A DNA stretch of 64,000 nucleotides from Chiloscyllium plagiosum (taxonomy: Eukaryota), in contig NC_057718.1 in NCBI RefSeq assembly GCF_004010195.1, positions 67,234,588 to 67,298,587 on the forward strand. The letters are read 5' to 3'. The notes beneath the pieces are model-generated. The model saw nothing but the letters and a program-made list of their open reading frames with translations, had not been told where the DNA came from and searched no databases. Position numbers and translations under genes: made by a program. Shown here piece by piece: positions 62,495-64,000 of this stretch (positions are counted from its first letter, which is position 1; every line of letters starts with the position of its first letter).

Positions 62495-63844
62495 CATTAT
62501 AGGACCACCCCCAAGCAACTACAGGGACAGCTCTAGCAGAGTTGCTAAAGGGGAGGAGACTCCATGCCAGGTTAAGTCTGATTTTCACTGACTTGGGCAG
62601 AGGGTGAAATGGCCTCAGGAGTGCCAATGCTGGACACAAAACGTTGCTAAGCAACAGAGACAGTTTACTTCAGGGGACAAAGTCTGGTTTTGGAACCACA
62701 GGAATGGCCCTGTACGGGTTAGGAGGCATGGTTGATGCAAGGTCAGGTCCAGTGATATATAAAGTTTAGGTTGGTGGGTGATTATCGTGAACAAGCACAT
62801 GGGCCATATGAAAGCTGCAAACTCGCAAACGTTGCTGGAGCAAAACGTGCCCAGCTCTTCGACTGCTTTTCCGACTGTTCCGTAACCCCTGAGTTTTCCC
62901 TGTCCATCAAACATCAAAGATAACTCAGAATCTAAGGTGCAACCGGCAAATGTGGCCATGTGATTGAATTTCTTCCAAGATGTTCCAGGCGCAAGAGGTG
63001 AGTAATTGTGCATCACATGCCACCCGTATCAGAGGCAGTGTTGGAGGAGCCTGACTCAATGCTAAAACGCCCCAGGAAGAGCTAAAAAAGTGACCTGGCC
63101 TATGCCCTGGGACTCAGAGGGGGAGGGATACAGTGATTGTAACAAGGTCAACCATGTGGACATTATAGAATGAGTTCCCTGATTGGAGCTATTAATCTGG
63201 GTCAATCAGGAAGCCCTGGCTGCTAGATAAAAGCAGAAGTGTCAAACATCCTGTTCACTCTGAGAGAGCTGGATCAGTGTCAAGGACTGTCCATGTATAA
63301 ATAAAGGCTAACTTGGTGATGAGATACCGATGAGATACTCTATTGAATTATTTCACCTACAAATTGGTTTTCTCATTAATTAGTAAGAGCAATTCATTAA
63401 TTAGTAAGAGTATTTCATTATTTAAGAGTTAATTAACAATAAATACAATGACTGCTGGATGTTCCAGACTACAGGAATGGAGCAAGCTCAGTCAGAGCGG
63501 GAGATGAACAGATTGAGCTCAGTCGGAGTAGGGGATGAAAGGGAGGAACTTTCACTGAATCCAGAGGCAGAGCTCTTGAGGTGTCCATGACTGCTAAAAG
63601 TGATGCAGGACGAGAGGTTTGGATACTTGGTAACCAGCTTTTAGGGACTTAAGAGTTGTACCAGGCAGGAGACAGTGTAGAGTCCTTATTTTTGCAATGT
63701 GTAGTTTATTAAGAATACAGAGAAAGAGAGATAGAGTGAGAAATCTGATTTGGTGAATAGTGGGTAAGGTTGAACAATTTGTTCCTAGTTTACTCTTTGG
63801 AGTTGGTGAGAATCCCAATAGCAGGAGAATGCTGCCATTGGTCC

Positions 63845-64000
63845 GAGGGCATTCAAGTCAGGTGACCACTGACCTGTGCAGGACATCTAGGTATGATCTT
63901 CACAATGCCATCAGGAAGGGCAAGAGACAATACCAGACTAAACTAGAGTCCCAGACTAAACATACAAAAACACCTTGATTGTGACAAGGCTTACACAATA
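63845..64000 (+). mobile_element. Rex1/Babar ORF fragment running off the window
   Basis: FKSGD..SRYDLHNAIRKGKRQYQTKLESQT..L*QGLHN. Confidence 0.8.

Larger units (their letters stand above)
59904..63355 (+). mobile_element. Ty3/Gypsy LTR retrotransposon, decayed, with gag N-terminus and RT core deleted
   Basis: LTRs 59904-60137 and 63129-63355 (both end ATTATTTCA); PBS 60139-60157; PPT GAGGGGGAGGGA before the 3' LTR; VDTGTAV protease, LTCD..YGIG RNase H, WPGLD, and TDNGP integrase motifs. Confidence 0.93.

Overview
This is vertebrate nuclear DNA, almost certainly from a shark or other elasmobranch, judging by the HE1-type SINEs and HER1/CR1 LINEs. The window is intergenic or deep-intronic, dominated by decayed transposable elements, and I could not support any host protein-coding exon. 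Non-LTR elements include many CR1 LINEs (several keeping the ORF1 zinc finger and SGNH esterase), an L2/CR1-group LINE with a partner SINE, Rex1/Babar and RTE remnants, and Penelope-like elements (PLEs; RT plus GIY-YIG). Other elements are Tigger/pogo MITEs, a Harbinger Myb-gene remnant, an RT-deleted Ty3/Gypsy provirus with both LTRs and a tRNA-Ser PBS, a cryptic Gypsy gag-pro fossil, an ERV-like solo LTR with a 4-bp TSD, and a tRNA-Arg(CCT)-derived sequence abutting a CR1. The most notable structure is more than a dozen short non-autonomous PLE-derived insertions from three sequence families, most carrying a minimal hammerhead-ribozyme motif (CTGANGA-stem-GAAA). Many have 11-17 bp target-site duplications and several are fold-back hairpins, and their 5' ends or inversion pivots cluster at the ribozyme core. 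There are two assembly gaps (3764-3816 and 17584-18546). Element boundaries were set by eye and are approximate unless a TSD or TIR is quoted.
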